This document shows, piece by piece, positions 18,976-29,275 of a stretch of DNA of 64,000 nt (the stretch's first letter is position 1; each line of letters opens with the position of its first letter). This DNA is from Alphaproteobacteria bacterium (lineage in GTDB: Bacteria > Pseudomonadota > Alphaproteobacteria > Rs-D84). The notes beneath the pieces are model-generated. The model did not search any database. It saw nothing but the letters and a program-made list of their open reading frames with translations, and was not told the origin of the DNA. Position numbers and translations under genes: made by a program. The stretch is taken from contig JAFXPG010000014.1 in the NCBI GenBank assembly GCA_017528045.1, forward strand, positions 68,414-132,413. Reading direction: 5' to 3'.

Positions 18976-21390
18976 TTAATCAGATTCTTTGGTGCACTCC
19001 AACGGCCATCCTTCTGAACCTGGATGTTTTTCATCATATGCTTCATCAGAATCTAACCAGTCAGTAGCTACATACCCATCTGCACATACACATCTTGAAT
19101 TTTGCCCCCCATCAGATACCAAGAAGTCTGATGTACTTTTTGTTCCATCAACATATGTTACTTGTGGACAAGGTATGCATTGTACTTTATTGTTTGTATC
19201 GTCTTTACCTGTATCATATAAATAATAATTAACAGGACAAGATATCAACATGCTTGCAACCCAATCAGACATCGCACGCAAAGTTAATGTTGTTTGTTCT
19301 TTTGGCATATATCCACCAACAGACATACATGTTGTAATTTCTGCACGACATGCGTTTACGGCTGTTTTTGAAGTTGTTACATCTGGATTTGATTCATCAT
19401 AACCATTTGTTGACAAGCAAGAAGATACATCGTTACGGCAATCTTCTGCATAATCTGCCAAAATAGAATCCTGTTTCAATTTAATTTTGGTCAAAGTAGC
19501 GGCCAGATATTGACGTATAACTTCGTTATCAGGTTTGTATTTTGAAGATGATTTCTTTGTGTCAAATGTATAATCTTGACATTGTTTCATCACAGAAGCA
19601 CACATACCATGAACTTTGTTGTTTTTATCAATATAACCGATTTTTTGTAATATGTATGTTGCCATATCATCTGTTGGATTATTAGATGTATAATTATCTG
19701 CCCATAATGTCATTGCTACATTGATATAATCGCTTAAGTTTTCTAATGAGCTTACACTCCAAGCGTTCAAAACATCGGAAGCACTTTTTCCAGCATCTAC
19801 TTTGCCTACTTTATTTGTTTTATAATTCCATGCGGAATATAAACCATACATACCATAACTTTTCCATGTTGATAAATCTGTTGTGCTTTTTATAGGTGTT
19901 TCATTACCATATGTTCCGCCGGAAACCCCAGGTGCGCCACCTTTTACAATGGCAGCATTAGCCAAATATTTTCCAGTTGGATCCAAACATAATTCGTAAT
20001 CATCGCCACATACGTATTCATCTTGCATACAAGAATCAATTGCTGCTACGCAACCACGAACATCGTAAGAATTTTTATTTTGTGCCAACATCAAACGTGC
20101 TTGTTGTAAAATGTTTGAAGCATTATTGATATTATTACGCATTTCTGTGTTAGCTTCATTCAAATTACGTTCATAAGCCATACATTGTTTATCTATTTCC
20201 AAATCATATGAATTTGTAATAACGTTTGCATCTATACCTTGGGATGTACAAGAATTCAATACAGCCGTCTTGCAACGAGCAGTTGCTGTCTTAAATAATT
20301 GTTCACCACGTTGATTAGATACACTGGATGTGCCACCGGCAGAATTACCCAAGAATGAAGATAAATCAAAACCAGTTGTGAAATCAGCATTCAATAATCC
20401 CGATACGTCCATAGATACAGATGATGTATAAGAAGATGCAGATGGTGAAGAAGCATCAATAATCTTCTTTTTTATGGAATCTAGACTGCTTCTGATATTA
20501 GATTTATCAGAAGTGGATTTCATTGTTAATTCAGCTTCTGTTTCTGCAAATAAAGAATTGATTTGATCAGCACTTAAACCAATATATTTGATTTTTTGTA
20601 CAACATCTTGGAAATTTTCTGTTGCTGTTTTTAATGCTGTTTCTATTTTTTCATAGTTCTTTATATTTTTAGAACATGAACATCTGCCTTGATTATCATC
20701 TAATACGTTACAATAATTATCCATACATGCAGCATATTGAGCTTTACAGTATTCTGTTAATTCAGAAATAGCTGTTAAATTAGATGTTGTAGAAGAAATA
20801 TCTTCTTCTGTCAAAATAGGTGTTGTTGCGCCCAAACTTGATGCAGCACGCATAGTTGAACGACGTGATGAAGATATCGTTCTGCCAGAAGATATATATT
20901 GTGCGTTTCCTGAATCTGTCAAAGTTGTGACACTTGAAGATGCATTTGTACGTGATGCAGGCATCACTGTTGTATTTGCACTTATACGAGCAGTCACAGG
21001 CTTAGAAGATTGTGTGCCACGTGCAGTTACAGTTGCAGGATGAGATTTATTTGAAATTGCATTCATTTTTGCCGTACGTGAAACCACACCACGTGATGTT
21101 TTTTGAGCATTTCTTGGTGAAGAAGCAATGGCACGCGAAGATGTGTTTGTTCGTTGAGAACTGTTTGCTGCGGAAGATATTGCACGAGATGTAGAACGGT
21201 TTATTGTTCCACGTTTTGCAACGTTTCTGACCGCAGGTGCAACAGCAGTTTCTTCTGTTTCAACCGCAGGTTCTTCTGCTTCTAACATTTCATCAGTATA
21301 TTCAACGACATCGTCATAATATACCGGTGCAACTTCTGCAAAAGCAGGCAAAACTAAAAGTCCACTTAAAACACAAATAAATCTTTTCAT
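18976..21390 (-). CDS. large secreted Ser/Thr/Arg-rich and Cys-rich protein
   Basis: Signal peptide MKRFICVLSGLLVLPAFA. Low-complexity S/T/R region, then many Cys. C-terminus contains CIPCPQVTY and RCVCADGY motifs. Confidence 0.6.
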   Translation of the reverse strand: MKRFICVLSGLLVLPAFAEVAPVYYDDVVEYTDEMLEAEEPAVETEETAVAPAVRNVAKRGTINRSTSRAISSAANSSQRTNTSSRAIASSPRNAQKTSRGVVSRTAKMNAISNKSHPATVTARGTQSSKPVTARISANTTVMPASRTNASSSVTTLTDSGNAQYISSGRTISSSRRSTMRAASSLGATTPILTEEDISSTTSNLTAISELTEYCKAQYAACMDNYCNVLDDNQGRCSCSKNIKNYEKIETALKTATENFQDVVQKIKYIGLSADQINSLFAETEAELTMKSTSDKSNIRSSLDSIKKKIIDASSPSASSYTSSVSMDVSGLLNADFTTGFDLSSFLGNSAGGTSSVSNQRGEQLFKTATARCKTAVLNSCTSQGIDANVITNSYDLEIDKQCMAYERNLNEANTEMRNNINNASNILQQARLMLAQNKNSYDVRGCVAAIDSCMQDEYVCGDDYELCLDPTGKYLANAAIVKGGAPGVSGGTYGNETPIKSTTDLSTWKSYGMYGLYSAWNYKTNKVGKVDAGKSASDVLNAWSVSSLENLSDYINVAMTLWADNYTSNNPTDDMATYILQKIGYIDKNNKVHGMCASVMKQCQDYTFDTKKSSSKYKPDNEVIRQYLAATLTKIKLKQDSILADYAEDCRNDVSSCLSTNGYDESNPDVTTSKTAVNACRAEITTCMSVGGYMPKEQTTLTLRAMSDWVASMLISCPVNYYLYDTGKDDTNNKVQCIPCPQVTYVDGTKSTSDFLVSDGGQNSRCVCADGYVATDWLDSDEAYDEKHPGSEGWPLECTKESD

Positions 21391-21464
21391 GGTAAAATCA
21401 TCCTTCCTTGTTGGAATAATTTTATCATATATGGCATATCTTTACAAGGGAAAAAATTACACTT

Positions 21465-21917
21465 TTATTGATTGTTTATTTTTAAATTTGGATGTGTTTT
21501 TCGTAATGTAGTTAAAGAATTTTGTTGTGTTCTTATGAAATCTTCGGGATTCCATATTTGAAAACTGTTTCCACGACCAACAAATAAAGCTTTGTCTGTT
21601 ATATTTGCATGTTTTAACAATTCTTTGGGTATGACTATGCGACCTGTTATATCAAATTGCAAAGGACGAGCATCTGCAAATATCATTGCTGTTAAATTAT
21701 CAAGGTCGTCATCAAATAATCCCATTTGATCAGAAGCTGATGCTATTTTTTCCATACGGGACATGGATAAACCTTCAATACAATTATGTTTAAAAGAACG
21801 AAATAATACAACCCCAGCAAAATTTTCTGAATTTAAAGAAGAACGAAAAGCAGCAGGTACAGAAATACGCCCCTTTGTATCCAAACGATTTTCATAACAA
21901 GAAAGAAATAAAGACAT
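21465..21917 (-). CDS. mraZ: transcriptional regulator MraZ
   Basis: MSLFLSCYENRLDTKGRISVPAAFRS and a second SpoVT/AbrB-like half (GRIVIPKELL). Confidence 0.9.
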   Translation of the reverse strand: MSLFLSCYENRLDTKGRISVPAAFRSSLNSENFAGVVLFRSFKHNCIEGLSMSRMEKIASASDQMGLFDDDLDNLTAMIFADARPLQFDITGRIVIPKELLKHANITDKALFVGRGNSFQIWNPEDFIRTQQNSLTTLRKTHPNLKINNQ

Positions 21918-21962
21918 TTTTATTCCTTAATTTTTCATGTGCTTTTGGTTCTTCTTTTGTTG

Positions 21963-21996
21963 AATGTAGCATGTCTTTATATGGTTGTCAATGACA
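21963..21996 (-). promoter_or_regulatory. mraZ promoter with an overlapping palindrome
   Basis: Minus strand: TTGACA (21991-21986), 17-nt spacer, TACATT (21968-21963). The palindrome TTGTCA-A-TGACAA (21984-21996) overlaps the -35. Confidence 0.45.
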
Positions 21997-22283
21997 ATAT
22001 ATAATCTATTTATGGTATTTTATGGTTTTTTAAATAAAATTAAACATTTTTTAATAAAATAAAAATAAATAAATTTTATGCTTGACCTGCGATTCGTTTT
22101 TGTTCTAAGATGTTTGTATAGACAAGGGGAAAGTTAATTCAAAGTGCCAGAAATCTGATAAAAACCGGAAATTTGGCAAAAAAATAAAAACTGAAAAAAT
22201 TAAAATTAAAAAATTGTAAATACAAAAGTAAATACAAAAAATTTTAATTTTTTTATACAAAACAATAAGAAAGGGGGGACCGC

Positions 22284-22613
22284 ATGCCAAAAAATATTAA
22301 AGAAATAATGATTGCCCTAAACAAAGTATTAACAACAACAGTATGGGTCAATGCTGATCGTCAAATCGTATCTTTAAGCGATGAATTGCATATTGGAAAT
22401 AATAATATGCCTCGTTCTATTGAAGATTTGTCACGTGCATCATTGATAGGTGCTTATGTTTCTTTGCAAATCAGAACAGATAATTTTGATGTCGCAGCAG
22501 AATCTTTAGAAACACCAGATTTAGCCTTGAAAGTAAAAGAAATGGTTTTTGCAGAAGCTAAAAAAGTTATGGATTCTGGCGAAGTTATCGAAGCAACACG
22601 TAAAGTTGCTTAA
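22284..22613 (+). CDS. hypothetical protein (109 aa)
   Basis: RBS GAAAGGGGGG before the ATG and a terminator downstream. No family recognised. Confidence 0.5.
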   Translation: MPKNIKEIMIALNKVLTTTVWVNADRQIVSLSDELHIGNNNMPRSIEDLSRASLIGAYVSLQIRTDNFDVAAESLETPDLALKVKEMVFAEAKKVMDSGEVIEATRKVA

Positions 22614-22644
22614 TAAGTTTCCGTATTATCGGAAGGAAGGGAGT

Positions 22645-22679
22645 CCCGCCACAACATTTGTTGTGGCGGTGCTTTTTTT
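22645..22679. terminator. rho-independent terminator
   Basis: CCGCCACAAC-ATTT-GTTGTGGCGG followed by a T-run. Confidence 0.75.
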
Positions 22680-22983
22680 ATCGACCATTATTTAATAATC
22701 TTACATCATCAAATTCGGGATGTTGTTTAAATATATCTGAAATATAAGGGCATATTGACATAACTTTACGGTGTTGTTCACGTGCCATTTCTATTATTTG
22801 TAAAGTTAAATAAAATTCTAGACCTTCATTTTTATATTCTGGTTCTATTTCTGATTCTGATATCATAATTTTGTCGTTTCCGATTTTTACAAAAAATATG
22901 CTGCCGATTTTTTTACCGTGGCATATTGCGTATATTCGACAGCCATTATCTGATATTTGAAAATGTATTTCTTTTATATTCAT
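22678..22983 (-). CDS. small GNAT-like N-acetyltransferase (YjdJ-like)
   Basis: 101-aa protein resembling short GNAT proteins (...EIEPEYKNEGLEFYLTLQIIEMAREQHRKVMSICPY). Confidence 0.55.
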   Translation of the reverse strand: MNIKEIHFQISDNGCRIYAICHGKKIGSIFFVKIGNDKIMISESEIEPEYKNEGLEFYLTLQIIEMAREQHRKVMSICPYISDIFKQHPEFDDVRLLNNGR

Positions 22984-23052
22984 AAAAAAATCCTTTGGCT
23001 GTTTTTAAAAACTATACCAAAGGATAACATTTAAACTATAAGATTGATTTCT

Positions 23053-23982
23053 TTAAATTAAATCAAAGTTTTTACGTATTATATTAGCACTTTTACGCAA
23101 TGCGGCAGATTCTGTAGAATCTAACTTTGGTCGTAATGTTAAAATAACACCTTTATTACCAATTATACGTGGTATTGACATTGCAACAGCTGTTTTTCCA
23201 ATTCCATCAACAGCTGATGTTGTTAATATACGTTTTTCATCGTTAATGATTGCATATAATAAATCAGCAACTGCTGCACCAATTCCATCCCAAGTTGCAC
23301 CGCGTCCTTGTATAATTTCATAAGCAGCATTACGTACACGATGTTCTATGGTGTTTCGTGTTGTTTTGGGTAAATATATTTTTGATTGTTTACAGAATTC
23401 GTCCAGATGTAATCCACCAATAAAAACGGAAGACCAATTAATAACAGAAGAATCTCCGTGTTCACCCAAAACATAAGATGTTATTGAACGTGTAGATACA
23501 CTTAATTGACGTGATAAAATAATTTTGAAACGTGCAGAATCTAACATTGTACCCGTTCCAATTACTCGTGATGATGGTAATTTTGATATTTTTTGTGCCA
23601 GCATAACCATAACATCTAATGGATTGGTTACGATTATTAATTTTACTGTTTTGGTATCAACATTTTCCATAACTTTTGGAATAATATCAGAAATCACAGC
23701 GGCATTTTTATGTAATAAATCTGTACGTGTTTCACCCGGCTTTTGATTTGCACCTGCCGCGATAATAACTATTTCAGAACCACGAATTGCGCGATAATTA
23801 CTGGCTGCTGTAATTTTTATGTCATATGAAAAAGCTGATGCATGTCCCAAATCTTCTGCTGCTGCACGTGCACGAATACCATCTCTATCGAATAAAATAA
23901 TTTCATGTGCCAAACCTGTTTTTTGAACAGCTGTTGCAACAGCAGAACCAACTGAACCAATACCGATAATTGCTATTTTCAT
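23053..23982 (-). CDS. ldh: L-lactate dehydrogenase
   Basis: Rossmann start MKIAIIGIGSVGSAVA. GANQKPGETRTDL carries Gln at the LDH/MDH specificity position. GEHGDS motif present. Confidence 0.85.
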   Translation of the reverse strand: MKIAIIGIGSVGSAVATAVQKTGLAHEIILFDRDGIRARAAAEDLGHASAFSYDIKITAASNYRAIRGSEIVIIAAGANQKPGETRTDLLHKNAAVISDIIPKVMENVDTKTVKLIIVTNPLDVMVMLAQKISKLPSSRVIGTGTMLDSARFKIILSRQLSVSTRSITSYVLGEHGDSSVINWSSVFIGGLHLDEFCKQSKIYLPKTTRNTIEHRVRNAAYEIIQGRGATWDGIGAAVADLLYAIINDEKRILTTSAVDGIGKTAVAMSIPRIIGNKGVILTLRPKLDSTESAALRKSANIIRKNFDLI

Positions 23983-24078
23983 ATTTTCCCTCTTGTTTTT
24001 ACAATTATATCATAAAAAGTATTTGATAAAAACATTTATATTTTGCTAATCTTCCTTTAAAAGGAAGGTTTTATAAAA

Positions 24079-24825
24079 ATGAAAAAAATTTTATGTTTTG
24101 GAAATATTACAGATAAATATAAAAATGCTATAGAAAATGCAATGCGTCAAAATCATGATATTGTTGGTTATGTATCAGCAATGGATAGTGATGATTTACC
24201 AAATACACAAGATGATTTTATTTTGATGAAATGTGATATTCATTCTGATGATTTTTTACGTCGTATAATTGCTATAAATAAAAAATTAACAGACGGTCAA
24301 AAATTTTATTTAACACATTGTTTTGTTTTATTTAATAAATCTGGCAATCGTACACCATTTATTTTAAGTGATGCAGCATGTGTTCCAATGCCTGATGAAA
24401 ATCAATTAACGCATATTATAGAAAATGCAAAAGATTTGTTTGAAGATTTATTTAATAAACAACCTGTTATATCATTGATATCAGCGGGTGGTGATACAAA
24501 TATAAAAATATCACCATTATTACATTCATGGTATAATGAACATAAAAAAGATTTTGAAAAAGATACATTGAGAATAGAACAATTGGATGTTGCGCTGGAT
24601 TCTTTTGTTCGCTGTGAAAAACATATATCAGGTGAAATTGCAGATGTGATTATTGTTGATAATATTAATACAGGAAATGCAATATTAAAATCTTTAACTG
24701 TATTAAGTAATGATTGGTATGGAATAGGTTTTTTAATAGGTGCAAAAAATAAAGTGATATTAAATTCACGCAGTGCATCTGAAAATTCTTTAACACAAAA
24801 TATTTTAATGGCATGTAAAGATTAA
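24079..24825 (+). CDS. short phosphate acetyl/butyryl-transferase-like protein
   Basis: C-terminal similarity to the PTA_PTB family (ADVIIVDNINTGNAILKSL...LIGAKNKVILNSRSAS). Shorter than a typical Pta. Confidence 0.5.
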   Translation: MKKILCFGNITDKYKNAIENAMRQNHDIVGYVSAMDSDDLPNTQDDFILMKCDIHSDDFLRRIIAINKKLTDGQKFYLTHCFVLFNKSGNRTPFILSDAACVPMPDENQLTHIIENAKDLFEDLFNKQPVISLISAGGDTNIKISPLLHSWYNEHKKDFEKDTLRIEQLDVALDSFVRCEKHISGEIADVIIVDNINTGNAILKSLTVLSNDWYGIGFLIGAKNKVILNSRSASENSLTQNILMACKD

Positions 24826-24856
24826 AAAAAAACGGGCGTTTGCCCGTTTTTTTTTA
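24824..24856. terminator. bidirectional rho-independent terminator
   Basis: A-run, ACGGGC-GTTT-GCCCGT hairpin, T-run, between convergent genes. Confidence 0.8.
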
Positions 24857-26290
24857 ATATGATTTTGCAACAAATACATATGTCGGATCTTTGTCATCTA
24901 AACAACGACGACTGATTTTATATTTATCAACCAAAGAATCAAATTCTTCATTAGTTGTTTGTTCGTATTTTATACGGAAAAACCCAATCTTGCCAGATTC
25001 TAATGCTGATTCTAATTCTTTTAAATCAGCAATATTGTTAATCATTGTTTTGTTGCGTTCTTCAACTGCTTTTAACATATCATGTTGAATAATGTTTAAC
25101 ATATTTTGTGCATCGTTCAAGAAATGTTCAACACTTACAGTTGCTTTTGATGATTTACCAAGATCGCGACGTGTAATTGTTAATGTGTTTTCTGCCATTT
25201 CCTTTGCACCAATTTCAACACGTAAAGGAACACCGCGTTTAATCCATTTCCACATTTTATCTGGTGCACGTGCATCAGAATCATCAACTAAAACACGAAT
25301 ACCAGTATTACGTAATTTATCACCAATTTCATTGGCATACGCATTTAATTCTTTTTCGTTTTCTTCACGTGTAATAGGTATTATAACAACTTGATAAGGT
25401 GCAACGGCAGGTGGTAATACTAAACCATCATCATCGGAATGTATCATGAACATACTGCCCATCATACGAGTTGTTGTTCCCCATGATGTTGTCCATGCAT
25501 GTTGTAATTTACCATCAGTTCCCAAATATTGAATACCAAAAGATTTTGCAAAATGTTGTCCTAAATCATGAGATGTACCTGCTTGTAAAGCTTTACCATC
25601 TTGCATGATATGTTCCAATGTGTATGTATGATCCGCACCAGCAAATCTTTCTTCTGGTGTTTTTTCACCCATAATACTTGGTATAGCTAGTATATCACGC
25701 ATAAAATCACCATACATTTTATGCATTTTTCTGGCATCTGCATTTGCTTCTTCGTGTGTGGCAAAAACATTATGTCCTTCTTGCCAGTTAAATTCAGCTG
25801 TTCTTAAGAATAATCTTGGGCGCATTTCCCAACGCATAACATTTACCCATTGATTCAATTTCATTGGTAAATCACGATAAGATTTTACCCAACGAGACAT
25901 TGCTTCGCCAATAATTGTTTCAGATGTTGGGCGAATAACATAAGGTTCTGTTAATTCTGCATCAGGATCTGGTTGTAATTTTCCATCAATCATTTTTAAT
26001 CTGTGATGGGTAACTACTGCACATTCTTTTGCAAAACCTGCAACATGTTCTGCTTCTTTATTAAAGAAGTCAATAGGTATAAGTAAAGGAAAATTTGCAT
26101 TTAATACGCCATTAGATTTAATACGTTTATCCATTTCATCACGCATTAATTCCCAAATTGCCCATCCATAAGGTTTAATTGTCATACAACCGCGTACAGG
26201 CGAATTTTCTGCCAAATCTGCGGCTGTAATTAAATTTTGATACCATTCACTAAAATTTTCTTCTCTTGTTGGTGTTATAGCTGTTTTCAT
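24854..26290 (-). CDS. proS: prolyl-tRNA synthetase, archaeal/eukaryote-like architecture
   Basis: REENFSEWYQNLITAADL... start, no large editing insertion, and a C-terminal domain ending in Tyr. Confidence 0.93.
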   Translation of the reverse strand: MKTAITPTREENFSEWYQNLITAADLAENSPVRGCMTIKPYGWAIWELMRDEMDKRIKSNGVLNANFPLLIPIDFFNKEAEHVAGFAKECAVVTHHRLKMIDGKLQPDPDAELTEPYVIRPTSETIIGEAMSRWVKSYRDLPMKLNQWVNVMRWEMRPRLFLRTAEFNWQEGHNVFATHEEANADARKMHKMYGDFMRDILAIPSIMGEKTPEERFAGADHTYTLEHIMQDGKALQAGTSHDLGQHFAKSFGIQYLGTDGKLQHAWTTSWGTTTRMMGSMFMIHSDDDGLVLPPAVAPYQVVIIPITREENEKELNAYANEIGDKLRNTGIRVLVDDSDARAPDKMWKWIKRGVPLRVEIGAKEMAENTLTITRRDLGKSSKATVSVEHFLNDAQNMLNIIQHDMLKAVEERNKTMINNIADLKELESALESGKIGFFRIKYEQTTNEEFDSLVDKYKISRRCLDDKDPTYVFVAKSY

Positions 26291-26310
26291 TTTTTACTAC
26301 TCTTAATATT

Positions 26311-27120
26311 TTATTTGTTTTCCATATATTTATCTGAAATTATTTTGTGCAGAGTGTCTGCCATTTGTTTTCTGTCCATACCCGATAAATCGGGAACTGG
26401 TAAAATTTCTATTTCTACCAAGAATCCACCAAGCATCATAATATGAAATACTTGCATGAAAGCACTACGTTCTATTTTACATAATGGACCACAATCCATT
26501 TTTGCATTATCAAAATATGCAAAATGGTTTGCTAAATCGTCTGGTGATATTTTTGTCCCGTCACGTAAACGATAATATACAACAACTGGTTGAACCGTTA
26601 TACCGGTTTTTTCAACAATATCAAACATAGAACTTTTGAAGTTTTTTACATATGCACCATTTGTTGATGTTCCTTCTGGAAAAATAAACATTGGGTAATC
26701 AACAACATCTAATTTTGTTTTTATTGCATTTAAAGCTTCTAAAGCATGTGATGGGCGACGGTCAATAAATACCACACCAAATTTTTTTGCCATCCAACCA
26801 ATCAAAGGCCAAGATTCTATATCTTTTTTTGCAAAGAAAGATCCGCCTAGTGAAGCTGCCATGGTTGATATTTCAAAAACAGATATATGATTGCATACGC
26901 AAAGTAAAGGACGTTTTGATACTAACTTACCTTTGATTTTAAAACGTACACCCATAAACCAATTAAATTGACGCATAAATATTTGCATGTATTTAACAGA
27001 CAATTTTCCCCGTGGGATGAAAGCAAGAATCAAAGCATTCAAGCATACATATAGCCATGCAACTGAAAATTTAATTATTGCCCATGTTGTGTTAAATATA
27101 TTTTGTTTACGAATTTGCAT
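26311..27120 (-). CDS. olsA: lyso-ornithine lipid O-acyltransferase (PlsC family)
   Basis: NHISVFE and FPEGTSTNG acyltransferase motifs. Sits 4 nt downstream of the olsB-like gene. Confidence 0.7.
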   Translation of the reverse strand: MQIRKQNIFNTTWAIIKFSVAWLYVCLNALILAFIPRGKLSVKYMQIFMRQFNWFMGVRFKIKGKLVSKRPLLCVCNHISVFEISTMAASLGGSFFAKKDIESWPLIGWMAKKFGVVFIDRRPSHALEALNAIKTKLDVVDYPMFIFPEGTSTNGAYVKNFKSSMFDIVEKTGITVQPVVVYYRLRDGTKISPDDLANHFAYFDNAKMDCGPLCKIERSAFMQVFHIMMLGGFLVEIEILPVPDLSGMDRKQMADTLHKIISDKYMENK

Positions 27121-27123
27121 TTT

Positions 27124-28086
27124 TTATTTTTCCTCGGTTGTTTCTTCAGCATTTTCTTTATCAATATATTCAACATCGTCAGCATCTTCACGCATAAATA
27201 ATTCTGCAAATGCACGAATAGCTTTTGCTGTGCCTGTAATTGGTGACATTATTATTTTACCCAATGTTTTTAATGGACCTTCTTCAATACCAAAATCATC
27301 AAATGCATTTTCAGAACCAGCAAAATGTTTTTGATATGTTTTATCAACATTTTTGGTTTGAACCATAACAAACACATCATATGTTCCAAAGCTTTTATCA
27401 ATAAATACACCACGTCCAAATGTTGCACCTAAACGTAAATATCCCTTGATTAAAGGAGTCATTTGTTTTTTTGCTTCTTCTTCATCTACAAAGGCACGTG
27501 GTAGAATATTCATTTGTGTTAATCTAGGATCAACACCTGGCTCCAGTTTATCTTTTAATACAGTTGCACGTAAATGCAAAGGAGATAAATGATTATAATA
27601 TAAATAAGAAATTGCTTGTGCAGACATTGCTGGTTTTGTACCAACCCAAGAAGGTACACCAAACAAAATAACTACTTTACGTTTTACAACATATTCACAT
27701 AAACCAGCCCATAATAAACGCATAACTAAACCGTTTTCACGATATTCTTTATCAACGCAAGCACGAGACATTTCTGCTATGTTGCCTTTAACTTTCTTTA
27801 TTTTTGATAAATTAAATTCTAATTCTGTATAGAATCCACCCATTTTTTCAGCAGCTTCACGATCAATAATACGATATGTTCCTACTATTTTATTATTGTG
27901 AAAAACGGCCATATAATCTGCATATGTATCGTAAGAATCATATTCTTCACCCAAACTTCTTTGCTCTTCCGTTGGTTCAGCAGCTTCTTCAAGGCAGAAA
28001 ACATTATATCGCAATTGACGAACCTGTCTTCGTTCTTCTTTTGTACGTGTCAAACGGACTTCATAGTCACGAACTTTTATAGCCAT
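27124..28086 (-). CDS. olsB: ornithine N-acyltransferase (GNAT/hemolysin-like)
   Basis: RQVRQLRYNVFCLEE motif. Operon with the PlsC-like gene. Start placed at MAIKVRD (28086). Confidence 0.7.
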   Translation of the reverse strand: MAIKVRDYEVRLTRTKEERRQVRQLRYNVFCLEEAAEPTEEQRSLGEEYDSYDTYADYMAVFHNNKIVGTYRIIDREAAEKMGGFYTELEFNLSKIKKVKGNIAEMSRACVDKEYRENGLVMRLLWAGLCEYVVKRKVVILFGVPSWVGTKPAMSAQAISYLYYNHLSPLHLRATVLKDKLEPGVDPRLTQMNILPRAFVDEEEAKKQMTPLIKGYLRLGATFGRGVFIDKSFGTYDVFVMVQTKNVDKTYQKHFAGSENAFDDFGIEEGPLKTLGKIIMSPITGTAKAIRAFAELFMREDADDVEYIDKENAEETTEEK

Positions 28087-28189
28087 AATATATCCTTTAT
28101 AAAAACATTGATATAATGGTATCAAAGAAAAAGCTTATAAGCAATTATTTTTATTTTTGCTGGACTTTTGTAAATTTTCGTATATGGAA

Positions 28190-29257
28190 TTATTTTAATT
28201 TGTCTGCCAATTCTGCAATGGCAATTGCATACCAAGAAGAATTATTCCATCTTTTTATTCTATAAAAATTAGGATACGTTAAATATGCATCTATTACTGA
28301 TGCTGGGGCAACATCTGAATCTGGATTTGATACATCATTTATTTTTTCTTGGTTTTTGTATAAATCTTGTTTTGCTAATTCTTTTGTATCAGCAATAAGG
28401 CCAGCTATCATATCAGATTCAGGAATAGGACTGCCGTCTGGATTTGTGACTCCTAATAAAGTCCATTCTTTTAAAGTTTTTTTTGTATCGCCATTTAAAA
28501 TTGTTCTGTCAAAATCTGCTGGTAATATCACACGACGAACAATTTTTTCATGTGGATTCCATCCTAGTTTATTTAAATAATTCCCAGCACTGAACATTGC
28601 ATCGCCAACACTGTTGATTATATCTATTTTTCCATCACCATTTCCATCAACACCATATTGTTGTAATGTTGTAGGAATAAATTGAAAATGTCCCATAGCA
28701 CCAGCCCAACTGCCGTGTAAATCTTTTATAGATAAATTATTTTTATCCGCAATTTTCATTAAACTTAATAATTGTTTGGTGAAAAATTCTTCCCGACGAC
28801 CTTCATAAATTAAAGTTAAAAAAGAATTTGTTAATTGGTATTTGGCTTTGTTTTTCCCATAATTAGATTCCATTCCCCAAAATGCCAGTATTACGTGTCT
28901 AGGAATTTGATATTTTGTTTCTACACGATTTAATAATGTTGGATATTGATTTAATTTTTTTCTGCCGTTAATAATTCTGTTTTCGTTTACAGTACGATTA
29001 ATATATTGTTGTAAAGTCAATGTGAATTCGGATTGGTTTTTATCTGATTTTACGATGTTTGGAATAAATACAGATTGTTTTAAAGTGTCGTCAATTACAG
29101 ATTGAGAAATATTTTGTTGTAAAGCTTTTGTTTGTATATTAGTTGCAATATTGTCCCATCTTTCAAAATTAAAAACACCACGATCTGCATGTACAGAATT
29201 TATAACTAAACTGCAACACAAAATAAAACCATAAAATATAGTTTTTTTATTAAACAT
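28190..29257 (-). CDS. lytic murein transglycosylase (MltB/SLT_2-like)
   Basis: Signal peptide, then FWGMESNYG and GAMGHFQFIPTT motifs. Confidence 0.8.
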   Translation of the reverse strand: MFNKKTIFYGFILCCSLVINSVHADRGVFNFERWDNIATNIQTKALQQNISQSVIDDTLKQSVFIPNIVKSDKNQSEFTLTLQQYINRTVNENRIINGRKKLNQYPTLLNRVETKYQIPRHVILAFWGMESNYGKNKAKYQLTNSFLTLIYEGRREEFFTKQLLSLMKIADKNNLSIKDLHGSWAGAMGHFQFIPTTLQQYGVDGNGDGKIDIINSVGDAMFSAGNYLNKLGWNPHEKIVRRVILPADFDRTILNGDTKKTLKEWTLLGVTNPDGSPIPESDMIAGLIADTKELAKQDLYKNQEKINDVSNPDSDVAPASVIDAYLTYPNFYRIKRWNNSSWYAIAIAELADKLK

Positions 29258-29275
29258 AAAACACCATTGCTCTAA

